DNA of 63,980 nt, filler included, from Aduncisulcus paluster (lineage: Eukaryota), in NCBI GenBank assembly GCA_024181965.1. It is 7 parts of 7 records of this genome, joined end to end, with 100 filler letters (N's around TTAATTAATTAA, not from the genome) between each part and the next. Parts side by side here need not be neighbours in the genome. Positions count along the whole stretch, not along the records: positions 1 to 13,155 come from BQXS01011095.1; 6 more parts are not named here. The stretch is one strand, 5' to 3'. This document shows positions 1 through 10,842 of the stretch, piece after piece. The first letter of the stretch is position 1; every line of letters begins with the position of its first letter. A program made the position numbers and the translations under genes. The notes below the pieces were generated by a model, which saw only the letters and a list, made by a program, of their open reading frames with translations, was not told the DNA's origin and did no database searches.

Positions 1-1328
1 GAAGGAAGGGAGAGAGAAGGGAGATGGAAATTGTTTCCAACAGTAGACTGGTCCAAGGCAGTTTTTGACGAAGCTCTTTCAAACAAGGCTCTGTCAACTC
101 TCGATAAGACTGACAAAACGTCATTGCCTCTCCATAATCCACTCCTAAGATTAACACACTCTAGAGCAGCGGAATCAATGTCACCTTTATCCAAATACTC
201 TTGAACTAGCTTGAGAGAAGCAGCAGACTGTTGCTGGATGAAGGGGGAGACTGGGATGGGATACGGAGTGGACATGATTTCAGTGACAATTGGGGGGAAA
301 GATTTCATCACAATGGAATATGGATACACAATACACATCATACAATCCAGTAGATGAGAGTGGATAATGGCAGAAATGAAAGAGTCTTCCTTGTTATCCT
401 TTCTTCGCTCTGAATACTTCTTCATTTCCTTCAGAATACCTGAGCCAAGCTTTGTAATATCTTTTTCAGCTTCAATGACATCAACTTCAACCAGTTTGGA
501 TTCAATGGATTCGAGCATAGAAACGGCTTCAGAAACGAGATCTGGAGGGAAAGCGGAAGCATGCTCGCATGAAAGGAGTTCAGATAGTGCTTTAGAGGAC
601 TTACAAAGGTTGGAGATAGCAACAGGAGAAGACAAATTTCCAGAGAGAATCTTAGTCAACTTATTGAGCTCCAGCCCAAATTTCTTAACAGCACTACTTT
701 CGGTCATTGAAGGCTGTGGGCGCTTCGAAGAAGATGGACCTGGTGGTTTTATCGTCTTGGGGGGGACCTTAGGTTTAGGCTTTGAAGAGGAACCAGATGA
801 TGGCTTCACGGGAGTGGGCATAAGTGTGGAGGGTTTGAGAGAAACAGTAGGAGCTGGATCAGATGAACCTTCTTCCAAAATTTTGATCAATTCAAGGCAT
901 TGAGAATGAATTTCTTTCAATTCTGGAAGAATCTCAATTAATTCAGACGGAGTTTGTTCCACTGCCTTCTTAAGCAAAGGAAGATTCCGTTTTAACATTG
1001 AAGCATTGGTTTTTTTGGATTCAACACTTTTATAGGATGTGGAAAGTTTGGTAACCATTTTTTTGGCTTTCTCTTCTTGTTGAATAATCTCAGATTTAGC
1101 TTCAAAATCATCGAACAAAGTATGAATTTCATGTACAAGAGGGATTAAATCTGAAGAAGATGGGATATCTTCAAGAGGTGGTAACTTATCGAGCTCTTTT
1201 TGGACATTTTTTTTGGACATATCAATATTTCGAGCATTTCCTCCTCCAATCGCCTTCCTCAGGTTAATATAGTGACGATTGAGTAAGTCAAACTTTTTTT
1301 GAGCTTGTGATTCAGTTAAAGGGGGCAT
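1..1328 (-). CDS. Hypothetical protein, 3'-partial (>440 aa), helical with a Pro/Ser/Lys-rich linker
   Basis: Manual translation from ATG at 1328 (MPPLTESQAQKKFDLLNRHY...) stays open and in frame to the window edge. It is absent from the ORF track because no stop lies inside the window. Confidence 0.8.
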   Translation of the reverse strand, partial: MPPLTESQAQKKFDLLNRHYINLRKAIGGGNARNIDMSKKNVQKELDKLPPLEDIPSSSDLIPLVHEIHTLFDDFEAKSEIIQQEEKAKKMVTKLSTSYKSVESKKTNASMLKRNLPLLKKAVEQTPSELIEILPELKEIHSQCLELIKILEEGSSDPAPTVSLKPSTLMPTPVKPSSGSSSKPKPKVPPKTIKPPGPSSSKRPQPSMTESSAVKKFGLELNKLTKILSGNLSSPVAISNLCKSSKALSELLSCEHASAFPPDLVSEAVSMLESIESKLVEVDVIEAEKDITKLGSGILKEMKKYSERRKDNKEDSFISAIIHSHLLDCMMCIVYPYSIVMKSFPPIVTEIMSTPYPIPVSPFIQQQSAASLKLVQEYLDKGDIDSAALECVNLRSGLWRGNDVLSVLSRVDRALFERASSKTALDQSTVGNNFHLPSLSLP

Positions 1329-1507
1329 TATGAAATGTCTTTGTGACAAAATACAGTGGGCACATCATGACAACGATTGTTCAGGAAATTTATGGACCGG
1401 GAAATCATTGACAAAACAAGTATAAAAAATAATTGAAAACAACTTAATAATTTAAATTTTCAAACATTTGGTTGTTTACATAGTAAATAGCAGCACATAC
1501 GACACAT

Positions 1508-2394
1508 TTATTCAACAATTTCTTCTTCTTTTGGCACAACACGAACATCTTTGATAACAAAATAAGCAACAGGAGCCATTTCGTCATGATCAGTGACAAT
1601 TATCTCACTTTCAATAATTTCTATTTTTTTCTTGTAGCAAGGACTATCAATAGTGAAAGTTTCGAATTCACCACCTTCACCAGCGACATTCATTCCATAC
1701 AATTCTCCTAATTTCTTCAACTGAGGTACAATATTGACGATAGATTTACCAAGTACACTGGTTTTCAAACCCATAGAAGCAACCTTAATCAAGATACCAT
1801 GATGCTTGGCAGAGGCCATCTCCTCAATGAGTTCTCCTTGATCACAATGCCACAATGGAGATAATGGAGTTAAATCTAATCTCTCACAACTAATGAAATC
1901 AACAAAATATAAACAATGGCATAAAGGAAGAAGAAAAATATACATTAAAATATGATTTTTAACTAACAAAAATCTTGACATAAATATGATTCAATTGAAC
2001 TCTATACATACACATTTTCTATTCTTACACGTTGATAATCTGACCACAGAGCTCCAGTACACACACCTTTAACTTCTGGAAATCTTGCCTTAACCTCGGT
2101 TAATAACACAAAAAGATCCTCAACTTCATCTCCATCTGTGGGTTTATATGAACTGTCGAGAAGAACAGCCTCACCAACCAAATCACGTTTGATCAAGGGT
2201 AAATCCATACATTCAGCAATAAAATCAATAAAACGAGTTCCTACAGTTTGAAATGAGAAAGAATCCTTCTCCTCAGGACCAGAACCAGGAGATATCAAAG
2301 AAGCAATACAAAGAGGAATGTGGCCGTCCAAAACACACTTCCAATGTGCGAAAGTCGAATCTTTCCCACCACTAATAAGAGAGACAAATTTCAT
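1508..2394 (-). CDS. DPH6: Diphthine--ammonia ligase (Dph6/DUF71 PP-loop ATPase); 2 exons (2394-2012, 1889-1508), 122-nt GTATGT..TAG intron at 2011-1890
   Basis: Motifs SGGKDS, GDEVEDL, GALWSDYQRVR and GEGGEFET are present. Splicing restores the conserved RIENV|CERLDLTPLSPLW. Confidence 0.93.
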
Positions 2395-2743
2395 TATTTT
2401 ATGGAATCAAGGGATCCAGAGAAATAACCGATTTTCGAAAAATCAACATCATCATGAGCAAAGCTAATTATTTGAAAATTTTAAGATATAATTTTGGAGT
2501 TAATTAAAATATTATTTCGAAATTCTCTAATATTCTTAAACCAATGATCATGTACCGTCCAGTAGAGACAAACCATTTTAAAGAAGGGAATAAAGTATAA
2601 AATGAAGATATTAAAGAGAAAAGTCGTTAAAACATTAATGTTGAACTTATTTTGATAATTATTGCTCATGCTGTATTTCTTCTTCCAATAGACTAAATCA
2701 CTTTTGGTATGAGTCTTGTCTTTTGCCTACACAAAAGAAGAAT

Positions 2744-3766
2744 ATGCACCCATTCACTTTATTATGTGTTATACTTGCTTTGTGCGGACTAGTTCTTGCC
2801 GATTCCTCCTCACATGTTGATTTTGTTGAAGCCCAAAACGATAAAGCTTCCTATACCATATTTTTCCATGATCCAACTCTTGAAAAGTCCATAAAAGCAC
2901 TTGAAGTCTTTGAAGATGCGGTAAATATGTCATCAAATGAAGGCGTAAAATATTATATTGTTGATGTTACGACTGAAGAGAATTCCTTTTTACAGCGTCA
3001 AGAATTTCTTCCTGAATTCCCTCAAATATTTGCAATGAATCATTTCGAGTCATTGGAAATATATCCATTTGATTTTATGGATACATTCAAAGTTTTTGAG
3101 TTTCTGTCTCTCAAGTTCCAATCAACTGATTCTTCTCTTGTTCAAATTATCACTGAAGATGAAGATATGATCGAAATCAAAGAACTTCTTCTTGATAGCA
3201 ATGCCATTATTGATGAAGACAAATCCCATAGGACTTATAAGAAGTGGAGTGGCAAGCCTTTCTTGCTATTTGCTTATTCCTCCCAAAAATGTGATAAATG
3301 TAAATCAACTGCTTCAATGTTCTACAAACTTTCCCATAGAAATTATGATGATGTTGCCTTTGGGATGATTGATTGTGCTGGAGATGTATATGCAAACAAC
3401 TTTTGTGGAAACCTTAATCTCAAGAGAATGCCCCAACTTATCTTATACATTGACGAAAGAACCATTCAATATGATGGAGCTGAGACCGTGTACGGTGTCG
3501 AAGAATGGCTCGCTCACAGGATGCTTCTCGCTGATGTTGAATATGATCAGTGGTATAATGAACAAATCGAAGCTGGTTCATACGAATCCCGTGCAGCATT
3601 TGAAAAGAAAGAAAAGGAAGCCGATGCTTATTTAGAAAAGAAAGGAATGCCCATGTTCTTCCCACCCTTGCCTAATCCTTCCAAAACCGCTCTTAAACTT
3701 GATGCTATCGATTCCAGCATACTTGAGATACAAATATTATTGGATAGAATAAACAAATTAATGTGA
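2744..3766 (+). CDS. Secreted/ER thioredoxin-fold (PDI-like) protein
   Basis: ATG at 2744 is followed by a hydrophobic signal peptide (LLCVILALCGLVLA). Two Trx-like segments follow; the second has CxxC (CDKC), FGMIDC and MPQLILY. Confidence 0.65.
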   Translation: MHPFTLLCVILALCGLVLADSSSHVDFVEAQNDKASYTIFFHDPTLEKSIKALEVFEDAVNMSSNEGVKYYIVDVTTEENSFLQRQEFLPEFPQIFAMNHFESLEIYPFDFMDTFKVFEFLSLKFQSTDSSLVQIITEDEDMIEIKELLLDSNAIIDEDKSHRTYKKWSGKPFLLFAYSSQKCDKCKSTASMFYKLSHRNYDDVAFGMIDCAGDVYANNFCGNLNLKRMPQLILYIDERTIQYDGAETVYGVEEWLAHRMLLADVEYDQWYNEQIEAGSYESRAAFEKKEKEADAYLEKKGMPMFFPPLPNPSKTALKLDAIDSSILEIQILLDRINKLM

Positions 3767-3890
3767 TGATCTCATCGCTCTGAAATTTCTTGCACTGATC
3801 TTGGATGTCACAAACTTAGAATGAAAAACAATAAATATAAATATTTACAGATAAGAAAAAAATAGATTTCTTGGATTGAGATCTTTAGAT

Positions 3891-4396
3891 TTATTCGAGA
3901 GCATGTATTTTCTTAATTCTATCGCTGTGCCTCCCTCCTTCAAATTCTGTACTCAAAAATGTATCCACCATATCTTTGGCAATCTCTATTCCGGTAGTTC
4001 TGCATCCCATTGCAAGAACATTTCCATTGTTATGCTGTCTGAATAATTTTGCAGTAAAATGATCGTGACAAAGACCACATCTGATTCCTTTAACTTTGTT
4101 GGCAGCTATGGAAATACCGATTCCAGTTCCACAGATAACAATTCCATAGTTGACAGCTTCAGAAACAACCATATCACACACCAGTTTAGCAAAATCGGGA
4201 TAATCACACTAAAATTTACATAATTAATACGAAAATCATAAATAATCTTATCAAATCGAATTTTTTTTTGTCAACATACTCTCTCAGGTTTTTCACAACC
4301 ACAATCAATAACTTCCACTCCTTTTGAGATCAAATGTGTTTTAATGACCTCTTTAAGATCAAATCCTCCATGATCAGAACCAATAGCAACCTTCAT
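3891..4396 (-). CDS. rpiB: Ribose-5-phosphate isomerase B, 144 aa; 2 exons (4396-4280, 4208-3891), 71-nt phase-0 intron at 4279-4209
   Basis: Spliced product reads MKVAIGSDHGGFDLK...CDYPDFA...CGTGIG.SIAANKV.GIRC...RQHNNGNVL...FEGGRH, the canonical RpiB motifs. Confidence 0.95.
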
Positions 4397-4752
4397 GTGT
4401 TATTTTGTTTTATAAAAATTTCAGCTTGCACTACAATCCATATTTTTTTTGTCATTCCCTGACTGACCAACTTGGGCCTTGTTATGACACTTTTTCTGAC
4501 AATATATCATCATAACCATTAATATTATTGCAATATATCATTTTATTTTTATAATTATTATTCGATATTGAGCCGAAAACGATTCGTTTAATACGAAAGA
4601 TTCCATGGAATCAATGGAAAAGATTCTCGATAACAGAAAATTCAAAAATAGTAGTTTAACACATTGAATATCGAATTATCAGATCATGATCTCTCAAAAC
4701 TAACCTGAAGGATCTCATTTGAATCAAATGATTTGATAACTGTGCAATATAT

Positions 4753-5215
4753 TTATAACAAATCCCCACTGAAAATCATAAGAGTTATAGAAAATGCAAA
4801 AAGTTAGTGAAATTATTACATAAATTCAATACAATATTGGATAAAGCAACGAGACATACACAAATTTACAGAAGAAAGCTTCATCTATTTCTGCTGGAAT
4901 TTCATCTTTAGACGGAAAATCATCTCTTAATACATTTAAACGCAAACATGCTCTCTTCAAATCGCTATAAGTTATAGTTCCCTTTTTCAGAATATCAAGA
5001 CGACCAAAAAGAACAGATAGATCCGATTCATCATATAATTCAATCATGGCTTTAACATCAGATTTTTTCAAATCTTCAATTGCCAATTGCAAGAAACGAA
5101 TATGATCTTCTGGCTTTTTTAACACCAATAATGATGTTAGAGTCTCAAATAACGTTGAAACATTACGATCTGTTAAATATTTTTTTGCTAATGCTTTCTG
5201 TTCTTCAGCTGACAT
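4753..5215 (-). CDS. EFCAB10-like protein (RIIa/Dpy-30-type docking domain + EF-hand); probable 3' intron 4859-4769
   Basis: YLTDRNVSTLFETLTSLLVLKKPED is RIIa-like and LDILKKGTITYSDL is EF-hand-like. A GTATGT donor sits at 4859. The last exon is tentative (unspliced stop at 4826). Confidence 0.6.
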
Positions 5216-5444
5216 CGTATAGGTGACCAAAAAATACAAAAAACCAGGAATTCTATGTTAACGCACTTGAATAAAACAGACACAATTTCAAATAAAGTAT
5301 ACACCAATGATTATCATTATATTTATTATATTTTAGGGTTTAACCAGAATAGACGTCATGTAATAGGAAAATTATGAAAAAAATAATTAAAAAAGGAATT
5401 ATGAATTGTTGCATAAAAATAAGACAATATTATTCGCCGAGATC

Positions 5445-6146
5445 TTATTCCATTTGTTCAACAGCAGTAATTTCTGGAATAAATTTCTTGAGTACTTGAA
5501 GAACAAATCCTTGAAGAGTTGCGGTAGATTGAGAACATCCTTTGCATGCACCAAGTAAATATACATACACCGAAACTTCCTTAGCACTGCCATCGTCATT
5601 TCTGGAAAGAACATTGACGGAAGCTAGGTCACAATTACCACCATCAGCAGCAAGTACAGGACGAATTACAAGCTCGAGAATTTCGAGCACACAACTCGTG
5701 AGAAGATCATCGTTTGAGTTTGGAGCTCTCCCTTGACATATTTTTTCAAGGGCTTCCTCAACATCAAGAACAGTTGGAGCATGTGGGATGGTAACTGCCT
5801 GTCTTGACTCATCATCCTTGTAGAAATCCTTAATAACTTTCATAACCTTAGGCTCAATACCATCTTTCCAAGATTCCTCTTTGTCTAAGCGAACTACAAC
5901 ATTGTTAGATCCCATTAATACCGATTGAATTCTATCATCGGACTTAAATATATCAGCGGCCAATGGAGATAATGAATCAGCATTCTTTCTGGAAAACTCT
6001 TTAAAGGGAGTTTGTCCCTCAGGGGGACTATATACGGGTACAGATAATACATATCGGTAAAACCTAGGAACAGGGGTTTCTGTTGCTTTAACTGTAATAC
6101 ATCTGGCCAAAACAGAGCTTAAACTGAATGTAACTGAGGATAACAT
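5445..6146 (-). CDS. NFU1: Nfu-type Fe-S cluster scaffold/carrier with a putative organellar presequence
   Basis: Nfu_N-like ETP..SPLA..IF..V segment and NifU-C IRPVLAADGG...LLGACKGCSQSTATL (CxxC). The N-terminus MLSSVTFSLSSVLAR has no acidic residues. Confidence 0.9.
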   Translation of the reverse strand: MLSSVTFSLSSVLARCITVKATETPVPRFYRYVLSVPVYSPPEGQTPFKEFSRKNADSLSPLAADIFKSDDRIQSVLMGSNNVVVRLDKEESWKDGIEPKVMKVIKDFYKDDESRQAVTIPHAPTVLDVEEALEKICQGRAPNSNDDLLTSCVLEILELVIRPVLAADGGNCDLASVNVLSRNDDGSAKEVSVYVYLLGACKGCSQSTATLQGFVLQVLKKFIPEITAVEQME

Positions 6147-6484
6147 ATTATAATATAAATTTTAATATTTGTACGCAGCGAAAAAGGGAAAATGACTTTT
6201 TCGCCCATCAATTACTTTTGATTCTTGGGCTTTCATCATATCAAAAAATATAAAGACAATATTCTCAATGCAATCAAAAAGAAATAATATCATATACTTG
6301 ATATTTGACAACCTTGATGAGCTCCAACTCAAATCGATTATGATGAAAGAAATTGTACAAAGCAAAATCCACAAATCCAACATATTGAACGAGTCTAATA
6401 TAAATATGCTTTTATTGTCATCGTATTAAAGTCACCAAAAGATGATAAAGTATACTCCTTTTTTTCTTCCCTTGAATCTAAGCA

Positions 6485-7498
6485 ATGCCCGCTCACCCAA
6501 TTGAAGTTCTTTTGTTATGTGCTCTCCCAGCCTCTGGTAAGTCTGAGACCCGTAAATTTTTGAAATCTCTCACTCCTGAAGAAAACTTGGTTAAGTTCAG
6601 GATTGGTGACACTTCCACCCAATGTGATGATTATCCTTATGTTCACATGATGCGTCAAATTGATGATGCCCTTGAAAGTTTCTCTGCTCCTCGTTTCTTC
6701 TTTGAGGCTGCCGACAAGGGATTCAAGGAAAGTGCTGACTGGGGAACTCTTATCGAGATGGTCAATGAAGATTTCGCTGATTTGTACTCCGTTGCTAAGA
6801 AACCTGAAATCAAGTCTGCTGCTGAATGGCTTCTTAACCGTTACGATGCTGCTCGTACCAAAGTTGGTGTTAAGTCCCTCTTTGCTGGATTAGATTCGGA
6901 GGTTGTCGCCAAGCTTTCTGCCCTCATCGAGGAAGAATGCCGTGGTATTTTTGACGAGAAATACGATGCCATTCCCGAATCCCTTGAAGGTAAGACCGTT
7001 GTTATCGAGTTTGCTAGGGGTGGTCCTCACGGATCTACCTTCCCTCTTCCCGAGCCTTTTGGTTACCAATATTCCTTCAGCCGTCTCTCCCCTCTCATCC
7101 TTGAGAGAGCTGCTATCCTCTACGTTTGGGTTACCCCCGAGCAATCTCGTGCCAAGAACGTTGCCAGAGCTATGGAGAAGGCTGGAGATCCTACCACTGT
7201 TGCTCTTTCCCTCAACCACGGTGTTCCTCACGCCGTTATGATGGGTGATTACGGTTGTGATGATATGGTTTACCTTGAATCTGTTTCCGGCAAACCATCC
7301 ACCATCAAGATCACTTGCGCTGCTGACAAGAAGGATTATTTCATGCCCATTGGTAAGTTTGACAACAGAGATGACAAGACCACTTTCGCCAGAGGCCCTA
7401 AAGCTGAGTGGAAAACGGAAGATGTTGCTGCTATCAGCAAGGGTCTTGAAGATGCCTTCAAGGGTCTCGTTGAACAGTACGATGCTATGAAGAAATAA
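6485..7498 (+). CDS. Uncharacterised P-loop-type protein, probably highly expressed
   Basis: 337-aa intronless ORF with Walker-A-like LLLCALPASGKS and Walker-B-like VVIEF. Codon use is strongly biased (AAG, GAG, ATC, TTC, GCC/GCT). Confidence 0.8.
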   Translation: MPAHPIEVLLLCALPASGKSETRKFLKSLTPEENLVKFRIGDTSTQCDDYPYVHMMRQIDDALESFSAPRFFFEAADKGFKESADWGTLIEMVNEDFADLYSVAKKPEIKSAAEWLLNRYDAARTKVGVKSLFAGLDSEVVAKLSALIEEECRGIFDEKYDAIPESLEGKTVVIEFARGGPHGSTFPLPEPFGYQYSFSRLSPLILERAAILYVWVTPEQSRAKNVARAMEKAGDPTTVALSLNHGVPHAVMMGDYGCDDMVYLESVSGKPSTIKITCAADKKDYFMPIGKFDNRDDKTTFARGPKAEWKTEDVAAISKGLEDAFKGLVEQYDAMKK

Positions 7499-7798
7499 GC
7501 ACCCCTTCCCACAATAAATTATTTTTTATTTTGAGCACAGATATGTTATTTTACGGAACAAATAATCTCGATTCAATGGCTTGACTTCAATACTTGACCA
7601 AGTTGGCAACTTTCCCCGTTTCTGCAAAATCAGATAATTCATTATTATCAAAATTACTTATTCCATTTCTCTAGTCCCCAAGATATTTTAATTGTGAGCG
7701 ATATTCCCAAGCAGTAGCGATTTATGAATTTGCAACGTAATATTAGTCTATCTTTACTTATATTCATTACTGTTATTGCCTTAATTCTTTTTTTGATA

Positions 7799-8000
7799 AC
7801 TTACCTGATTTTTGGACCAATTGTTATCAGTCCTTCAAATTAATAATGGTTAGTGGATCGGTTTATTCTCATATCCGGATATCCTCAACGCTCGCAGTGA
7901 GGATGAAGTTCTCCCTTTCGATCCGCTAAAATTAAGTTTTACTACTTCTTTTCGAAAAAGTGTCAAATGGTAGATCTATTGCTAACCCATGATGGGTTGT
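7799..8000 (+). ncRNA. Candidate structured ncRNA, U1 snRNA-like 5' end
   Basis: Begins ACTTACCTG. Helices 7816-7826/7841-7850, 7851-7860/7919-7928 and 7881-7887/7898-7904, a UUCG-capped hairpin near 7944-7961, and a hairpin 7984-7998. G-U pairs work only on the + strand. Confidence 0.4.
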
Positions 8001-8125
8001 TTGGATGATCGAATAGAATACAACTAATACAACAATAACAATAAAATAAAATCAAACAATAGATTCTAACATCACTGCACAAAAATTCTTCACTATTTAT
8101 ACTTTATATTATAATCTAATTGATT

Positions 8126-9046
8126 CTACAACAAATCGGGATTTGGGAATCCCATTCCACCGGTGCTGCCTGGAGGTTTCATTGGATGGATTGGATCAAA
8201 TTTTGCTCCAAATGGAATTTTTTTCTTATCAACATGCATAGGATTACAAGCATCAGGCTCATCGAAGAATATTGGAGCAGTATCAGATCTCCTCGAGAAA
8301 GATGATGAAAGTTGCTTAGAACTAAATATTTCATGCCTTGGTCCCACTAACATTCCATTTGGCTGCCCAAAAATTCCAGCTCTCTCTTCATCCTCTTTCG
8401 TAGCGAACAAATTGGGTTGATCAGAATGAAATGTGGGATGAATATCAGAAGTACCAACAAAAAGAGACTTTCCGGGAGAAGAATGTGTTTTAGGAGGTGT
8501 AAATGGGAAAATATCTTGTTCTTCACCTTTCCAAAATAATTGAGGGGAGCTATCAGATGTGGGAAATAGAGGACTCGAAGCAACATGCTTATCGCCCTCA
8601 TATTTTGGCTTTTTCACCATTTTAACCCTCGAAGTTTCACGTTTAGCTGTTGTTGTAAAAGGAGATAACAGATTTTCCGGAACTGATTTCTTCTCCTCTT
8701 CTGCCTCAACCTTCCCACGAACAGGAGAAGCAAAGAGATTTAAAGGTTTCATTTCTGTTTTGGGGGATTCAAATGCAATTAATAAACTAAGATACTGGAT
8801 GATAACTGATGAGGAGAAGGATGAGGCTTTTAATGTAAATGATTGTGTCGAAGAATATTTCATTAATAATCCAATAGGAGAAACAGAATTTATATTCAAA
8901 ACACACAATATTTCATCAAATGTTAATGTACATGACATATTGACACATAATGGCCCATACTTGAAAGAAGCAAGTGATCCAGAACTTTCAAACTCTTTAA
9001 CCTCTGGATAAGTCGATAAAAGTTCAAAAAAAGTTTTTATATTCAT
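8126..9046 (-). CDS. PSMF1: PI31 proteasome-inhibitor-like protein
   Basis: C-terminal GMLVGP.H.IF...PFGAKFDPI.P...PNPDLL matches the PI31 Pro-rich C-terminal motif. First ATG is at 9046. Confidence 0.6.
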   Translation of the reverse strand: MNIKTFFELLSTYPEVKEFESSGSLASFKYGPLCVNMSCTLTFDEILCVLNINSVSPIGLLMKYSSTQSFTLKASSFSSSVIIQYLSLLIAFESPKTEMKPLNLFASPVRGKVEAEEEKKSVPENLLSPFTTTAKRETSRVKMVKKPKYEGDKHVASSPLFPTSDSSPQLFWKGEEQDIFPFTPPKTHSSPGKSLFVGTSDIHPTFHSDQPNLFATKEDEERAGIFGQPNGMLVGPRHEIFSSKQLSSSFSRRSDTAPIFFDEPDACNPMHVDKKKIPFGAKFDPIHPMKPPGSTGGMGFPNPDLL

Positions 9047-9257
9047 ATTGTTTCTTGGGGAAGGTGTCAAAAGAGATTTTGAAATTCTTTCACATACTGA
9101 AAATGATTGGTGAGTATTATAACTCTACTTGGAAATTCAACAAAGGATCACATAGTATATTTTGATGAACTGTCATTCTTCTCTGTAGATTATCCCAATC
9201 CGACGCCACCTCACGGTTTTGGATTTTTGTTACGAACATATCAAAATTAATTAAAAT

Positions 9258-10447
9258 ATGGGTTGTCAGTCAAGCAAAGTATTTGAACCTAAGAAAGTTG
9301 AAACCCTCAGCAAAGCTGACCTGAAAGATCAACAAATTTCAGTCGTTGTCGTTGAAGGTGGAAAAATCGAAGAAGTGAGGGGTGTTATTGAGAGTACAAT
9401 CAAGAAAGTAGCTAAAGACACTAAGGTATACCTTATTGCTCCTGGAATTGAGAGTGATCTTGGCATTGGAAAGCTTCTTTCTGTGTATGTTTTCTACGCT
9501 GATTGTCTTCTCTGCAATTTCATTGGTGCTAAAGCCATTAAAAAGGGATTCCCCACCAAATTTGAGTCCATTATTGAAAAACTTAAGGTGGTTTCCGAGC
9601 AAAGAGATAAGGATTACCAAATGGGTGATGCCAACCCATTGAAATCCCTATCTGCTTTCCAAATGTACAAGCGTCCTGAAATCAAGAAGTTTATTTCTGA
9701 TCCTATTGAGGGTGAATCTTCCAATATCAATGTTTTGTGTGTTGTCAAATCATTCTCTTTGGAGCAAGGCGAGCTTTTCCGTCATCTTTTGAATGATGTT
9801 GTTGATTGTGGGAAGAGCGAGGCCATTACATGCCGCTTCCTTGATCTTGATACAAATGCTTTCGTTGGATTCCTTGTTGGTCTCATCGACACTCCTCGTA
9901 TCATTGTTAACTCTGCCAAGGGTATTAAGAGTTTCAAGATGGAAACTGAACAAATGAAACAATTAAAAGAATATATTGAAGTTGAAGATAAGACAGAGGA
10001 ACGTTTGAAGAGCGAAGAGGCTATGTTTGAAGAAGCTAAGGCCGCCATTGCCAAACAACAAGAGGAGATGAAGAAGGCTCAAGAAGAGGCCGAGAAGAAG
10101 GCAAAGGAAGAGAAGGTTGAAGAAGAAGAGAAGGTTGAAGAAGAAGAGAAGGTTGAAGAAGAAGAGAAGGTTGAGGANNNNNNNNNNNNNNNNNNNNAAA
10201 AGAATATATTGAAGTTGAAGATAAGACAGAGGAACGTTTGAAGAGCGAAGAGGCTATGTTTGAAGAAGCTAAGGCCGCCATTGCCAAACAACAAGAGGAG
10301 ATGAAGAAGGCTCAAGAAGAGGCCGAGAAGAAGGCAAAGGAAGAGAAGGTTGAAGAAGAAGAGAAGGTTGAAGAAGAAGAGAAGGTTGAAGAAGAAGAGA
10401 AGGTTGAGGAAGAAAAGGTCGAGGAGGAAGAAAAAGTTGAAGAATAA
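9258..10447 (+). CDS. Putative N-acylated protein with acidic KVEEEE-repeat tail; 3' part duplicated across a 20-N gap
   Basis: MGCQSSK myristoylation/palmitoylation motif and an 18-bp repeat encoding KVEEEE. Sequence ~9966-10176 recurs at ~10198-10408 either side of N10178-10197. Confidence 0.75.
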
Positions 10448-10842
10448 GATGTTTTTGGAGGAGTGGACATTTCCAAAAGAACAATTAGATAAATATTAGT
10501 TGGAATAGCAACTTGAACGAGAATGCTTTGTAGTTTTTATTATTATTATTTTATGGCCTTTTCGTTCTTCGTATTATTATACTTTTTAATAACTGTCCAA
10601 TAAACCCATTGATTCATTCAATCATGTCAATATCATAGAATACATCAAAATACATCAAAACAATATGAAAAACAAAAAAAATTACTATTGATATAAATAA
10701 TGATCATAATTTGTTATTAATCATTTATTGCAATCAACCCGACTTGAGTGGATTCATCATCAATTTCAAGAATTAAATAATTGATTGATCTCAATCCTTC
10801 CTCTTTCGACTTTTCCGCCGCAATTTTTTGTAACAAGTCACA

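Noticed and set aside
367-903. Antisense and alternate-frame ORFs (367-903, 11682-12362, 15931-16788, 28284-28841, 52259-52837, 56001-56654, etc.)
   Set aside because: They are shadows of longer genes on the opposite strand or frame, driven by low-complexity codons.
7724-7843. 39-aa hydrophobic small ORF (MNLQRNISLSLLIFITVIALILFLITYLIFGP...)
   Set aside because: Hydrophobic peptides arise readily from T-rich DNA, and it overlaps the better-supported structured RNA candidate. It cannot be fully excluded.
9966-10408. Tandem duplications at 9966-10408 and 47365-47742
   Set aside because: Each is a near-exact overlap on both sides of a 20-N gap, typical of unmerged contig ends.
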